DNA from: Callorhinchus milii
Taxonomy: Eukaryota
Direction of reading: 5' to 3'
Assembly (NCBI RefSeq): GCF_018977255.1
Contig: NW_024704743.1
Location: forward strand, 87,980,001 to 88,044,000
DNA: 64,000 nucleotides
The notes under the pieces: model-generated
The model's database searches: none
What the model was told of the DNA's origin: nothing
The model's input: only the letters and a program-made list of their open reading frames with translations
Translations under genes and position numbers: made by a program
Shown: positions 12,961 through 26,655 of the stretch, piece by piece
Layout of the letters: the number at the start of each line of letters is the position of its first letter
Numbering within the stretch: the first letter of the stretch is position 1

Positions 12961-15054
12961 TTCTGTAAGACGTGTGCCTCCTCCCACATTGCATGGAGGC
13001 CATTATTACACAGAACTTCCCGTTTTATCACAAGCCTGTTCCTTAAATAAATTGAAATACATGGGACAGTTACAATATGTACACAGGTCATTTGGTCCAA
13101 CATGTCTGCGTTGGGGTTCATTTTACTGAAAGTCAAACATGTATCAATTATTCATGGACCTTATCTTCTATTTCAATGCAGAATATGTGCAAAGAAATAG
13201 TTAATTTATATATGAAATGGATACTACGCAAATTAAATGTCAAGTCCCAGCCGTACTTTTTTTTGTTTGGTGCTGGTGGTCCTGAAGGATATCCAGATGT
13301 TTGCTGCTGTGTTTTGTCACGTTAATGTTAGCAGTGACATTGAGAAGAAGCAGAGAGAGCAGTGGAGTCACTGGGAATCATAGCATTTAAAGCTGTAGTC
13401 TATGCAGACGGCTTGTAAGTCAGCCTATTCAGCGGTCTGTACAGTTATAGCGCAATTTGTCCTTTTTGTTGCCGTGGGAGAACTGTCAAAAGTTATTATC
13501 TGTTGGCAAATAAAATAGCCACTGTGGCTGTTGTTGTGGATTTCTTATGTTGTTGTTGCTACATTTTCCTTTTAAATATTGGCATTTGCAAATATTAATA
13601 ATATAACAATACATATTTACAATCATATAGGAAAGATGTCTGTCCATTTGAGTAAAGATTTCATAGATATAGCCATAACCAAATATGCTGTTTGAATGTT
13701 TCTTTTACATTTCAAATGAGCTGTAATATTCTTAAAGGATACTTACTCTAAAGTTGTGTTAACAATAGAAAAATGGTATGCATTTTTGAAGTCGTATGGT
13801 TTGTGCCAGTTAAAAATTGTGTGTATGTTTTGGGGAATGTGTAAAGTAATTGGAAAATGGATGCATTGCAATCCCACTCTTCTCGCTGACTAACCACAGA
13901 CGCTGGCTGCTCACCATGTTCTTCTTGTGTGAGCCCAGCCGGTGAGTGTTAGCAAGGCTTGCTGTTGGGACTGTGCAGGCTTTCATAGCTGATGCCAATC
14001 CCCGTGTTCACTTGTGATATCCACATCGTGAAGGCTTTCCATCAGGATGATTGACAAGCAATCAAAAATCTTGGCTGATTCATAATTCTAATAATATTTG
14101 CATCTGATATAGCCCCTTACCACATTGCAAGACGTCTTAAAACGCTTGACGGGATTTCACTGTAAAGTGCAGTGAGAGTATTTTCCAGGTGAACACGGCA
14201 GCCAATACTGAGTGTTCAGCAATATCCCACAAACAGTCATAAAGTGAATGGGCTAATTCTATCTGGGCCATTGTTGGCCAGGACATTGAGCCCAGAAGAC
14301 AATTGTAGCACCCCATCCTACAGGCCTGGCCCTGGCCCAAATCAGTTAACCCAGTACAGGCTGGGGATTGAATGCACTGCTGTGTTCAGTACAAATATTT
14401 TTGGGTTGTGTCTCAGCAAAACAGCTTTTAATGAATTCCCCACTCACTGCTTTTGTGATGTCACTTGCAGTCTAATTCCACTCTGCACAGCTGCAATAAT
14501 TGTGCCATCTGGTGCCTTCCCAGGACTTCAGATTGCAGCGGAGATGCTGCCAAATAGTGGTATTAGTAGTGAATGAGGTGAGAAATAAATTGGTTTACCT
14601 TTGTTAAGCTACTTGGGTTCAAAGCTTGATAAATGCACAATTAAACAAGTGGCGTGGTAGTCACTTATCTCACACTAATGTGGCCGCTGATTAGAATCCC
14701 CAACATACAGCTTATACTTTAACCTGTCTGTGGTTAACCTCTCTGTGCTGTTTTGAATGGACACTAGGGTCCAATTTGCTGTGTATCTTAAAATTTGATC
14801 TAAGTCACACTGTTGCGGACTCAGTTCTGAAAGCAGGAAGTACCTCACCTGTAGAAACTCCACTCTGGGTTACTTCCAGAGTGCAGTATGGAATCCTGTT
14901 AAGATATACCGGTTGCACTGAGACCCATTTTTGAGTAGCTCCACGATTCATTCCTATCAGCTCCTTCTCATCAACGTTTCAGATATCACAGGTTTAGGCA
15001 ATGGGCCAGCAAGTCAACTTTTGCTCTACCATCTGAATAATCATCCGTCAATGA

Positions 15055-15600
15055 TCAGAAGGTACCTTGGCAAGGGCACTGCAGAGATTCACTGAAATGA
15101 TTCCAGGCATGAGATTGCAGTTATGGGGATTGACTTGAAAAATTGGAAGCATTTTTGGTGGGATGGAGAACCTAATAGAGGTTTTAAAAATGATGAATGA
15201 TTTTGATAGGGTAAAGTAGAGATGGGCTATTTTCCACTGATTGGTAAGTCAGTCAGGAGACAGAATAAATTGAGGATTGTCACCAGCAGAATGAGGAAAG
15301 GTTGGAAAAATATTTTTTAACCGCAGATTATTAGAAAAAAGAATGTCTTACCACAAATGGCTGTTCAAGCTGAGTACAGAGCAACATAAATGATGGGAAA
15401 TATAATAAAGAGGAAGCAAGATATACACTTGAGGAAAAAAGGAATAGACAGGTATGGAAGAAAGGAAGGGTGAGTGGAAACTCATGTGGATTATAAACAC
15501 CAGCAAGGACCTATATAGTAGGGAAATGGGATTAGAGTGGACTTTTTGAGCATGGTACCCACAGACATGATGGGTCAAATTGTCTCCTCCTGTGTGGTAA
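15055..15600 (+). mobile_element. Degraded CR1-clade LINE 3' region
   Basis: Encodes QRFTEMIPGM and LIEVLKMMNDFDRV-like C-terminal CR1 motifs. Confidence 0.8.
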
Positions 15601-16682
15601 GCTTTTTAAGATCAGAAGAGGGACATGTAAACACAGTTTCAATCAAAGGTAACCTTGGATGGGATACCAGTTGTGAAACATAATAATAATAAACCTTGTG
15701 GTTGATATAGTGCCTTATCACATTGTTGAACATCTCAAAGCACTTTACAGGGTTTACTGACCATGTATTTTGTAGGTGAACATCTACACATGTGTCTAAA
15801 TTGATTTGCGATGGGATCAATATAAGAAGTGCAAGATGTAGATCAGGTGCTTTGTCAGCATTAGGAAGTGAAACAATGGTTCTCCTGTGTTTTGGTTGAA
15901 GTTCAAGTAACTGTTATTGACTGGCATTCTTGGGGTCTTAGGAATGCACACAGTTCACCACTTGCTTCCTCAGAGTGGATGCAGGGTGCATAACCCAAGA
16001 GGATATGAAGGGATTTTTTTTAATAAAATGTATTTGTTAAAATTGTAACTTAACTTAATATCTTAATTAATTCACCTCAAAGATTCCTTACTTCCCACAT
16101 TAGGTTGCCAGAAACCAGATGCCTCTCAATAAACCACAAGATGACAGTTAAGTTAACCACAGAACTTACTACTGTGTTCAGTTTCCTATCAGCGAAGTGC
16201 TGCTACTCTTGAGGTGCATTGCAACAACAATTCAATATGTATTGTGTAATTAAAATATTTGTATTGTATTTATTTCAATTGACCAAACATAGGATAATTT
16301 TTCAGGTAATTTATCATTGCAAGGACAAATTTCCAAAGATTACTTTAATAATAACCTTATTTCACCCAGGACATGCATGGTCAGTCCACTTTGCAGTCTA
16401 TCCTGCAAAGTACTTTGAGACATTCTTCCTATGTTTAAAGATACTATATCAAATATAAGGATTATCTTTATTATTTCTATTGTAAATAGTGAAGGAAGCA
16501 AGTGTCAAATTGTTCAGTGCAAGACCCACAACTGTCAATATTGTTTGTGGGAATGTGTTACATGTTACTGTAATAAAAACTGACGGCAGCTGAAGTACTG
16601 TTACTGTAAGAGGAAACTGAATAGTGAGCTTTGTGGTTAAGATAACTGAAGAATGTGATGGCTTGGTATAATATGTTGACAG

Positions 16683-17075
16683 TGTCAGCTTAGCTCAGTT
16701 GGTAGCATGCTTGCCTCAGGGTCAGAAGATTATGAGTTCAAACCACAGAATCAAGACTTTGAACTCACAATTTTGGCTGACACTCTCTAGTGTAGTACTA
16801 GAGGAATGTCACATCGTTGGAGGTGCTGTCCTTCAGATGAGGCTGTTTAATTGAGATTCTTCCTCCCTAATCAGGTGGACGTTAAGGATTCGATGATACT
16901 ATTCAAAAAGAGAAGGGACTTTCTTCTGATCAACAATCGTCCAGATAAGTTGGTCCTAAACCTCATGGTTGTTTGAGAAACCCTGCAGACACAAATGGTT
17001 GCTGTATTTGCTTGCACAAACAGTCACTACAGTTTCTATGTATTAGTAATGGAGTGCATTGGGATGTTTCAATTG
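16683..17075 (+). mobile_element. Family B Deu SINE
   Basis: Head tgtcagcttagctcagttggtagc...gagttcaaacc followed by the Deu-like body. Confidence 0.85.
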
Positions 17076-18041
17076 CATACTTTTGTTATATTGTCTGATC
17101 TTTAAACCAATGGCATCTTTATTTGAAAAAGACTGAAAACCATTAAACCATGATCAGGTCCACCATCACTATCTGTTAATGATTGTTTGATAATACATAT
17201 ATGGGCATGGAATTGCAATTGATACTTGTAACATTTGGTGAAAGCTCCAATGCTTCCAACCATTTCTGGTATGGTTTCATCTTGGAGCAATGCCAAATGG
17301 TGCCAAAATCTAAAAATAATTTGGACTTGATCACAGAACCATTTCATGCAGAGTATTTTCATTAAAGAGGGACAAATAATTGGAGATTTACAAACCTACA
17401 AACTCTCAAGTGAGATGCCAGGTAATACATACTTTTTTATTTGCTATAATGTGTTTGTGTTATTTATCAGAGCACTACCAGGCATTAAAGCATTTTAGAT
17501 ACAATATCCGGTCCGACCCATTAGCCTTGGAAATGTTCTGTCCTGTGAGGTCTGATTCTGTGTACTTTATCATACACCACAATAAAGACATAATATTTTC
17601 TTAGCCACATTCCTTCTGCCTCTGCTCCGAACTGCATGTAATGCACTATCCTTTCCCCCCACACCCCCACCACCAGAAAAATAGCAAGACCTTCATCAGT
17701 AATGCTGTTTTGTGCCTTAGCTTACAGGAGGAGGTGTGCTTCAATAGAGCAAGACAGGTGAAGTGTTCCCTGGAGGGGGTACCAGATGTACTGATAGCTA
17801 AGAACTGATTAAGTTCATTACATGTACTGGTGGACAGATTTAAGCACTAGGCTCCACTGGGAAGTGAACACTCAGCCAATGAGTGGAACAAGGATTTATT
17901 TTTGTAGAGCTAATATATTTCTGAACTTTAGCGTAACATAACACTGGTATCTGGTATACAGAGCTAGCAATTCCATTTTGTTGACTAGCCTGAGGGTTTG
18001 TTACTTTTCTGCTTTGCAGGCTTCAACATGATCCACATCTA

Positions 18042-18163
18042 CAGGGTGACCAAAAAGTTGTGATAGATATCCTATTACCTAAAAATATACAGTATATATA
18101 TATCATCATTTCTTTAAGACTTATTAGACAATGTAATGGTATCATGACTTTTTGGTCACCTTG
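18042..18163. mobile_element. Tc1/mariner-type MITE, 122 bp
   Basis: 24-bp TIRs CAGGGTGACCAAAAAGTTGTGATA with 3 mismatches; TA on both flanks. Confidence 0.9.
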
Positions 18164-19689
18164 TACCTGCCAGTTTGCATGTGATACCGATGCATTTATT
18201 CCTCTGCTTTCAACCACTCATGCGCTGCTTCCTTCCTTACCGTCTGTTACGTAAACCTGTAATTTGTTCTTTCCCCACTTACTCCATTCCTCTTCAATTT
18301 CATGTTCAATTTCGATTTATTTTTAGAAATTGTTACTTTTGGTTTAAGTTGAGGTAAGCGTTTTTGACAAACTATCACAATACATGGCAATCTTGCCATC
18401 TGCTTTTGTCCCTGTTGTTATAGTTGTAAAGCATGATAGCCTTAATTGAAGTGATATATTAGCAGAAATTAGGTTAGAAAGACAATAACCAAGCTGTTTT
18501 TGCTTGGGAAGAAGGAAAACTGGATTTGTGATAACAGTACAACTTTGAAACAAATGATTCCACCATCAGCAAATCACACTCTGATATCTAATATTAACAT
18601 ACCATAAAGACAGTCTGCTCTTAATGGATTTTCTGTCTGAAGGACCATTCGGTTCTCTGTGTAAGGTTATGTGTTACACAATACATGCATGCTGTAACGG
18701 TATTCTATATATTGTCTATTTATAATAATCCTTGCATTTGATAAAGCACCTTTAACATCGGTAGGGTGCCTCAAAGCGTTTTACAGGATTTGACTGTGCA
18801 GTTACTTGCATTTTCTAGATAAACAAGGCAGCCAATTTGTACACAGTAATTTCCCATACAAAACCATGAAGTGAATGGCCAATTTCTATCTGCGGGGTTG
18901 TTGGCCAGGACACTGGGGAAACTCCTATTTTTTTTTGAATAGCGTCATGGGATCTTTAATGTTCACCTGAACAGGCACAGACGGGACCTCAGATTAATGA
19001 CTCATTCGAAGGCCCGCTCCGCTGACAATTTAAATAAGATTTAAATAATAATGTTTAAATAATATTACATGAATTGTGCAAGTAACTAACCAGGGAATAA
19101 ACCATGTTTAGAGTTCTATAACTACAGTATCTTCAATGTTTCAGAGTTACAAAAAGTTGAGGATTATCTCCTGAAGCAAAAAGGGGATGTCAGAAGACAG
19201 TATTTTTACACAGAAAGTTGTTGGAATGCTGGAATGCTTTAAAGGCAATAGCTGTTGAAGCCTAGTTATAAAAGCACGACCATCAAAACAAAGGATGAAA
19301 TGGTGTACTTTTATATTGTAAACTTTCAAAGACTCTCTGAACACTATACAATTTACAATTCAGTTTGCGTTTATAGAGTACTGTTATTGTGAGGAGGACA
19401 TCCCAATGCAGTTGACAATTCTTTCTGGGCACTGGAGCTGAACTAGATCCTCTGGGGGATGGGGAGTGAATGGAGCTGGGTGAGAATGGGGGTGATAGCC
19501 TAGTACAGAAGAGGGTATGAGCTGCAAAGCTCTGGATAATCCTGTGCAGTGAAGTGGGAGTCCAGTGAGCAGAGCGTTGACATAATTGAGCCTAGATATA
19601 ATAAAGGTGTGGATGAGCGATCTTTAACATCCTGAACAAGCAAGCAGATGGGTCCTCGATTTAATATCTTATCTGAAAAATGGTCCATT

Positions 19690-20245
19690 ACAATACAAAA
19701 GTACATTTGTAAAGCGCGTGTAATGTCGGGAGGACGCCCCAAAGTGCTGGACAGTCAGTGATTTGGACCTGAGCATGGGGGTTGGGATCAGAGAGGGTGG
19801 AGGGCAGGGAGGGTAGGAGGGTGGCCGAATATGCAGTCAAAGAGAAGAGTCTTGAGACATGCTTGAAGGAGGCAAGGGAGGGAGTGAGGCAAGGGGAATG
19901 TGGAATGGAGTTCCAAAAGATGGGAGCTGAGACGCTGAAGGCCTGACTGGCGATGGTGGAGCGGGCTGGGCCAGAGACATAGAGCAAACTGGAGCCTGCT
20001 GAGCGGAGGGAGTGGACAGATTAATGTGGAGTAGCAGGTCACAGAGGTAGCAAGGAAAAAGGCCGTGGAGGACCTTGAAGCAAGGACGAGGATTTTGAAC
20101 TCTAACCTCTGAGGGATGGGGTGGCAGTGGAGCTGAACGAGGGTGAGTATGATAGTCATGGAGCCTAGTGCAGAAGTGTTGGGAAGAGTTGGGAAGGCTG
20201 ACAAACAAGGAGTTGGCATAGTCGATCCTAGATGTAATGAACATT
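19690..20245 (-). mobile_element. 5'-truncated L2
   Basis: ITSRIDYANSL, PIPQRLEFKIL, FWNSIP motifs and the 3' stem-loop. Confidence 0.92.
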
Positions 20246-23200
20246 GGTGTGTCAGCCTATACTATGACTTCCAAGTCCATATGTGGAACTTGAACCCACA
20301 ACCTTCTGACTCAGCAATAAGAGTGCTACAAACTGAGCTAGGATGATACTTTGCCTTCATCAACCTTTTCTTGGCTGACAAACAACTTGAAATTAACAAG
20401 CTGGTCTTGATCAATAACTAGAATTTTGCTATGAGTACAGCGATGTTTGTTTTCTGAAGAGCACACTTTTAACCTCATTGGAAAGTGTTTCTGCTACACA
20501 AGCAACAACATTCTCTGTGACTTGTTTGGAAGGAAAAAAAGAGAATTGAATTATCTGGAATTGGGCTAAATATGTAAACAATATTTTGCAGGTTTGGTTA
20601 GGGAGGTCTACAGAATAATTATATTTACAATACAGGCTTTAAAAAAATGTTAAGTGACTTTATTGTATTGGCTTGTCAGCGTCCAGTGACAAGCTTAAGA
20701 ACATCCAGCAACTCTGCTTGTCTGCTATTGTACCAGGCTAAACACATGTCAGGCTGATTATATTACTCTATGAAGTTGGAGGATTGGATTTTACAGTAAC
20801 CAGCATGCAGTTATAAGTACAAACACATAAGTTTTATATAAACAGTTGTACTCAAGGAGCCATTCAATGTTTATATAAACTGGTAGAATTCAGGACTACA
20901 ATTAGTTAGAAATAAACACCAACTTGTTTTCTAGATACAGTGCAGTGAGACTTGTCTGAAACAAAAATCCTTCTTATAGTCTTTTTTACCAATCACAAAG
21001 TTGCTGAGAAATTAAGCTTTCAAAAATAATCACTTAAATGATAATGATTGAAAATTGCTCCAACAAAAACAATTAATATAAAATCCTGCTTTACTCATCT
21101 GGGACAAAAATCAATATTGAAACAACAAAATCCACACTCCCCACACTAGTGGTAAAGCTAATGTAATCACAAGGAAACTACTTGGGATGGATTTTGCTTT
21201 TAGTGGGCAGTAGAGTGTTTTGGCAGTAAATTCACATAATTACCACCCAAATGCTAATGCAGTATTGTCCACTTTTTATCTAACCATAAATCTGTAAGCG
21301 GTAAATGTAACATGAACGGATGCAAATTAATCAGCTTAACAAGCTGGAAATTATCTACTTGACCTCTGGAAACAAGTCTGACATTGTTTTTGCTGGTGGT
21401 AAGCAGTGAAAAATGGTGGGGTTAAAAAAAAACTGAGGAAGGCATGTTTGAGAGCTAGAGTTTACTGGTGAATACGTATTGATGGTCTGAAGCAATAATG
21501 GGGATGAGGGAATTTGGTTCCCTACAACTGAGTCCATTTAAACCATATCTATTAAACCAAGGTCCCGTCTGGTTGTTCAGGTGGATGTTGCAGATCCTAT
21601 GGCACTGTTTGAAAAGGGAGTTTCTCTTAGGGTCCTGGTCAACAGATCCCCAGATAAAATTGGTCATTCACCTCCTGGTTGTTTGTGGGACATTGCTGTG
21701 TGCAAATTGGCTGCTGTGTTCACCTCCAAAATATACATTTTAAAACAGTCATGACTTGGTTTAAATCCACAATCAGAGGTGAGAGTACTATCAACTAAAT
21801 CAAGCTGACTCTATATTGCATACAGAATTTGAAGTGTCTGAGAAAATAGGCAGGTCAACTCTTCCAAATGGAAATCATCTATTTTTTGTGGGCATTGTAA
21901 CAGTCAGATTTCTGAAGGGACAACTGATGTAAGGAGTGTTAAGGTAGTAAGAGTTGAAGACAGGCAGTATGCAGGTCCTAGCTTTGTTTCCACATCAAGC
22001 AGAAGGTACACAGTTCCCCTACGTAGAGAAATAGACTATTCAAAGTGTTCATCAAATGTGAGAAAATTTGAATGCATCTCTATCTACATTGTACGTATTA
22101 TAATGTAACATAATGTTTCTTTTCTAATAAGCAGAAGTTCATTTTTGCAACCAAAACAATCGTCATTCTTGAAAGGATCCCATAGCGTATAGTTCTTTGG
22201 ATTTGATTGGGAGATCTGGCACATTTAACAAACCTTATTGTGGCTGGAAGTCCTGATCTTGCTACTTGCACTTTGTCTATAGATGTGATGGAATGATAAA
22301 TTCTTGTTGTGCCAGTCAAAGGTATCTGTAAGAAGCAGGCAGCATGAGAATTGGGAGTGGCTATCATATTCAAGGTAATGGGAGATGCAGCAGGAATTAG
22401 ATTGAAATATATAATTTCACTTTTCAATTCCACCAAGTTATTCAGGAGTTGTCCTTGAACCAAACACATCTTTCCATGAGAGCCCAGTAATTCATAGCTT
22501 CTTACAAATTAGTACCTCTTTCTTCTCAAGATCATCTTTTACCAGCTACATGACAGTACTCCACTCTACTCAATGATAGTCAGTTTGTTTCTCCTTACTG
22601 GACATTAAAAAATAAATTTGCTAGCACATTTATCCAGCCTTGTTTTAAAACTAGGTCCCAAAAGCGAAATGACAACTCACTTATATTTTTCCCCGACACA
22701 GTACTGCGATTCTATTTTGAATGGTTCCTACTTTGCCAAATGTTCTCCTTAGTCCTTTGTGGCAAGCAACACTACCACCACCAACAACATTATTGGATCC
22801 AGTAAATAGATTTATAGATGTGTTCTTGTTAGTGGATACAAGTGCTCACTAGTGGTGTCTTCACCATTTTTTAAATAAATTTTATATTCTAATTAGATAT
22901 AAACCAGAATACCATTTTTCTTATGGTGTTTGATACATGCAATCCCACCTTTAAAGATCTGTGTATCTATAACCCTAGATTCCTCTGTTCCTCATCATTA
23001 TTAAGAACTATAACCTATAAATTATGCTTCCTTTTCTCAGAATGTACTATTTCACTTTCCTCAACATTAAACTGCATCTGTTTTCATTAATAATATCATT
23101 ACTTTTGATATAACACCTTTCATGTCAGGCGGATGTTTCAAAATACTTCACAAAATATATTTTAAAGTGGATTACCTGTGTGTTTTGTGGGTGAATGCGG

Positions 23201-23280
23201 TAGCCACTCATGTTATAGTAATATCCTACAAACAGCCATGAAATGAATGACCAATTTTATCTGATGGAACGTTGGCCAAG

Positions 23281-24210
23281 ACAACAACAACAACAAAATT
23301 GCATTTGTTTTTTCACATCGGGAGGACATTCCAAGGCGCTGGACAGACAAAGTTATGGACCTAAGCTGGGGGTCAGGGTGGGGGGGGGGGCATGGAGGGA
23401 AGCAGGGAGATTGAAAGCACATTCAAAGAGGAGAGTCATGAGGTGGGTCTTGAAGATGGCGAGGGAGGAGGGGGGATGGAGGGACAGCCGGATGAAGTTC
23501 TGGAGGGTGGGTACAGAGTGGCAGAAGGCCTGTCTGCCAATAGTGGGGCTGAGCAAGGCGGGGGACGTGAAGCTGGTCGGAGCCCGCTGAGTGGAGTGAG
23601 CGAACAGGATGGTAGGGGGTTAGGAGGTCAGTGAGGTTATGGGGAGCAAGACTGTGGAGGGCTTTGAAGGTGAGGTCCAGGATTTTGAAGTGTATTCTCT
23701 GTGTGATGGGAAGCCAATAGAGTTGGGCAAGGATGAGCATGATAGGGTCACAGAACATAGTGCGGGAGAGGACATGGGCTGCAGAGTTCTGGATGATCAG
23801 CAGCCTACAGAGGGAGGAGTTGGGGAGGCCGACAAGCAATGAGTTTGCATAGTCGAGCCTCAATGTAATGAAAGCACGTATGAGGGTTCAATGGTCTGCA
23901 GCGTGAGACAGTGTTGGAGCTGGGTGACGTTGCAGAGGTGGGAGAAGGCCAAGCAGTCATGGCGCAGATATGGGGTAGAAAGGATAGTTCAGGGTCAAAC
24001 AAGACCTCAAGGTTCTGGACTGGTTTAGCAAGGTGGGTGTGCAACCATGGATGGTGATGTTGTTAGTGCCTGAGGTGAGGAGGCACTGATGGGAGCCAAT
24101 CAGGAAAGCCCCAGTCTTGTTGACATTCAACTGAAGAAAGTTAGCTCTCATCTAGGACTTGATATCTGACAGACATTCTGTCAGCACAACAGTGGTCCTG
24201 GAATCAAGAC
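23281..24210 (-). mobile_element. 5'-truncated L2
   Basis: NFLQLNVNKT, RLDYANSLL, WLPITQRIHFKIL; (CAA)n tail. Confidence 0.93.
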
Positions 24211-24489
24211 ACAGGGGGAAACTCCTATTTCTTTGTGAATAGTGCCATGGGTTCTTTAACATCCATCTAAACAGGCAGATGGGACCTCAGTTTAACATTT
24301 AACGTTTCATGCAAAGGACGGAGTTTCCAACAACTCAATCCCCTTCTCCACACCCACTCCCTGCACTGTGCTGCAGTGTCAGCCTAGACTATGTGATTGC
24401 ACAGTCCCAATTGTGGGGCTCAGAGGTGAGAGTGCTACCAGTCAACATTGACAAAACTGAGACCACCCTCCTTGGTCACCCTCACCCCA

Positions 24490-25180
24490 GACCTCCTCCA
24501 AATCATGGAGCCTGTGCATTTTCTTTGACCCTCAACTCTCCTTCAAAACCTTTCATCCAGTCTCTGACCAATTCAGTTTTCTTCCATCTTCACTACGTTA
24601 TCCACCTTCTTCACGACCTCACCCTAACACAGCTGAAAACCTCAGCCACACTTTTGTCATGCCAGGAGTTGATTTTTCCAACCTGCCAGCCTCCGAGTTC
24701 CACTCCCTGGACCATCCAGACCTCTGTAGCCCACGCACCAAGCCTTATGAGCTCACCACACATCATCGCTCAATTCCACCAGCTACCTATTCCCCAATGG
24801 ATCAATTTTAAGATTTATGTCCTCATTTTCAAATGCTTGCACCAAATTTTTGTGATTTCTACCACCCTACTCTCTCCACTACTCTCTCGACTTCATGAAC
24901 TCCAGCCAACTTTATATCTCCCCTCAGCTCCCTCAGCAATGGTGGTGAGCCTTTCAACCCCTTTCTCCGCTCCCTCTGGAACTCTCCCCAAATCTCTGCA
25001 CCTCGCCCCTTCTGCTTTCAAATTCCATCTGAAGACCTACCTCTTTTACTATGCTTTCAGCCACCTTCACCCAACTCCTCTTCCCTTGCTCTACTCTAGC
25101 TCAGGTTTTTCGTTCAGTCTTTGTAAAACACTTTGAAACATTCTTCCAACATGAAAGGCATAATGAGTGTGAATTGTTTT
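24490..25180 (+). mobile_element. Old degraded L2 3' fragment
   Basis: LPIPQWINFKI and FKFHLKTYLF in ORF 24309-25136. Confidence 0.85.
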
Positions 25181-25189
25181 TGTGCTTTA

Positions 25190-25380
25190 AATTTTTCAAC
25201 CTGTCTCTTTTTTGGCATCTTATGCCTCTGAAAATCAATATATTGAACATCAGCTGCCATTCCCTTTATATATAAATTGTGATTTTCTCCCAAAGAAATC
25301 AATTCAATTAGTTAAGCATGACCTCTCCTTCCCAAATCCATACGGACTATCCGAGATCAATCCATGCCTTTCTTATCAAT
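25190..25380 (-). mobile_element. CR1 RT fragment
   Basis: DVQYIDFQ resembles DVVYLDFQKAFD; a related YLDFQK fragment at 25950-26085. Confidence 0.7.
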
Positions 25381-26096
25381 GGCCTATCTAGTATCTTATT
25401 CCACTAGACTATTATCCATTGTGATTTCTATTCTATTCCTCTGCTAAAGCAATTATCAATATTTGCCATTTTACTGTAGTAAGGTACTGAGTTGAAGGTT
25501 TAATTGATTTATCAACAGTAATACTCTAGATCGCTTCTTGATCAATATGCTGTACATCATTTAACACACTCTCTTTTGGTTTCCTGATTCACACAACTTA
25601 TACACAACAGTTATCTGCAGGGAACTGCACTTGTCACCCTGCCAATACTGGGGCCAGGAGGGGAGAAGTGGAAGTTTTGACCATAGTGGGTTAGGTTTTT
25701 AGGCAGCATTTAAAGCAATAGAGACCTTGAGACTACACTACAGTCAATATCCACTATATTTTATCTGACTACTTTCTAACTTATTATTTGCTCACTCTCT
25801 TTAAATACCATCCACAGATTTAGAGATGTTGTGAAGAGTACTCTTGTTAATATGCTATATATACTATATAAAATGAAAAGGGTTCTCGAATGGAAAGGGT
25901 TCTGAGATAACCTGATAATAACCTTTTTCAGCCTAAAACATTTCTGTTCATGGTCATTTTCTGTTTCCTGTTGTCAAGCCAGTTTTCTATTCACTGTCAT
26001 ATGTTCTCCCTATTGCATGATTCCTTACTTTAGCCACATACTGCATTGTGAAATATTATTAAAATCTTTTGAAAATCCAAGTATCAACTAGTATAG

Positions 26097-26385
26097 TTGC
26101 CAGCCTGGCTCTGTGCTAGAGCTCTCGCCTCTGAGTCAGAAGGTTGTTGGTTCAAGCCCCATATCGGGACTTGGCACTCACAGTCTAGGCTGACATGCCA
26201 ATACACTGCTAGGGGAACACTGCATTGTTTGAAGTGCCATTGTTGGATGAGAAATTGAACCAAGGTATTATCTATTTGTTCAGGTGGACATTAAAGAATC
26301 CTGTGGCACAATTCAAAAGAAAAGAGAGTTTTTCCCCGTATCCTAACCAGTACAACCCCAAACATACTCGCTGTGTGCAAATTTA
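26097..26385 (+). mobile_element. Family B Deu SINE
   Basis: ctctcgcctctgagtcagaaggttgttggttcaagcccc head and Deu-like body. Confidence 0.85.
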
Positions 26386-26454
26386 CTAAAAGTGCTTCAC
26401 AGGATTTAAGCCAGTTTTCTACTTCACAAGTGTTTCACAGGATTTACCATAGAG

Positions 26455-26655
26455 CAGTGGTGGCGAATCTTTATGGTCGGCAACTAAAATAAATTTTCTT
26501 GATTGAATATTTCTCAATTTAAGCCATAAATCAAGAAATATTCAACTAAGAAAAAATGAAAACACACTACCGATTGAACACGGTCTTACCCAGACTTGTG
26601 CAAATGTTTGGGGGAGGCCCCTTCCAGTCCGTGGGCCACAGGTTGACTACCATTG
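26455..26655. mobile_element. hAT (Charlie-like) MITE, about 200 bp
   Basis: Ends CAGTGGTGGCGAATCT and (reverse complement) CAATGGTAGTCAACCT; degenerate 8-bp TSD ccatagag/atgtagag; splits a SINE tail. Confidence 0.75.

Noticed and set aside
22098..22469. 123-aa minus-strand ORF with a possible internal exon
   Set aside because: No motif, weak donor, and no partner exons on that strand.
24309..25136. 275-aa ORF as a host gene
   Set aside because: Chance read-through of an antisense SINE and a degraded L2 fragment.
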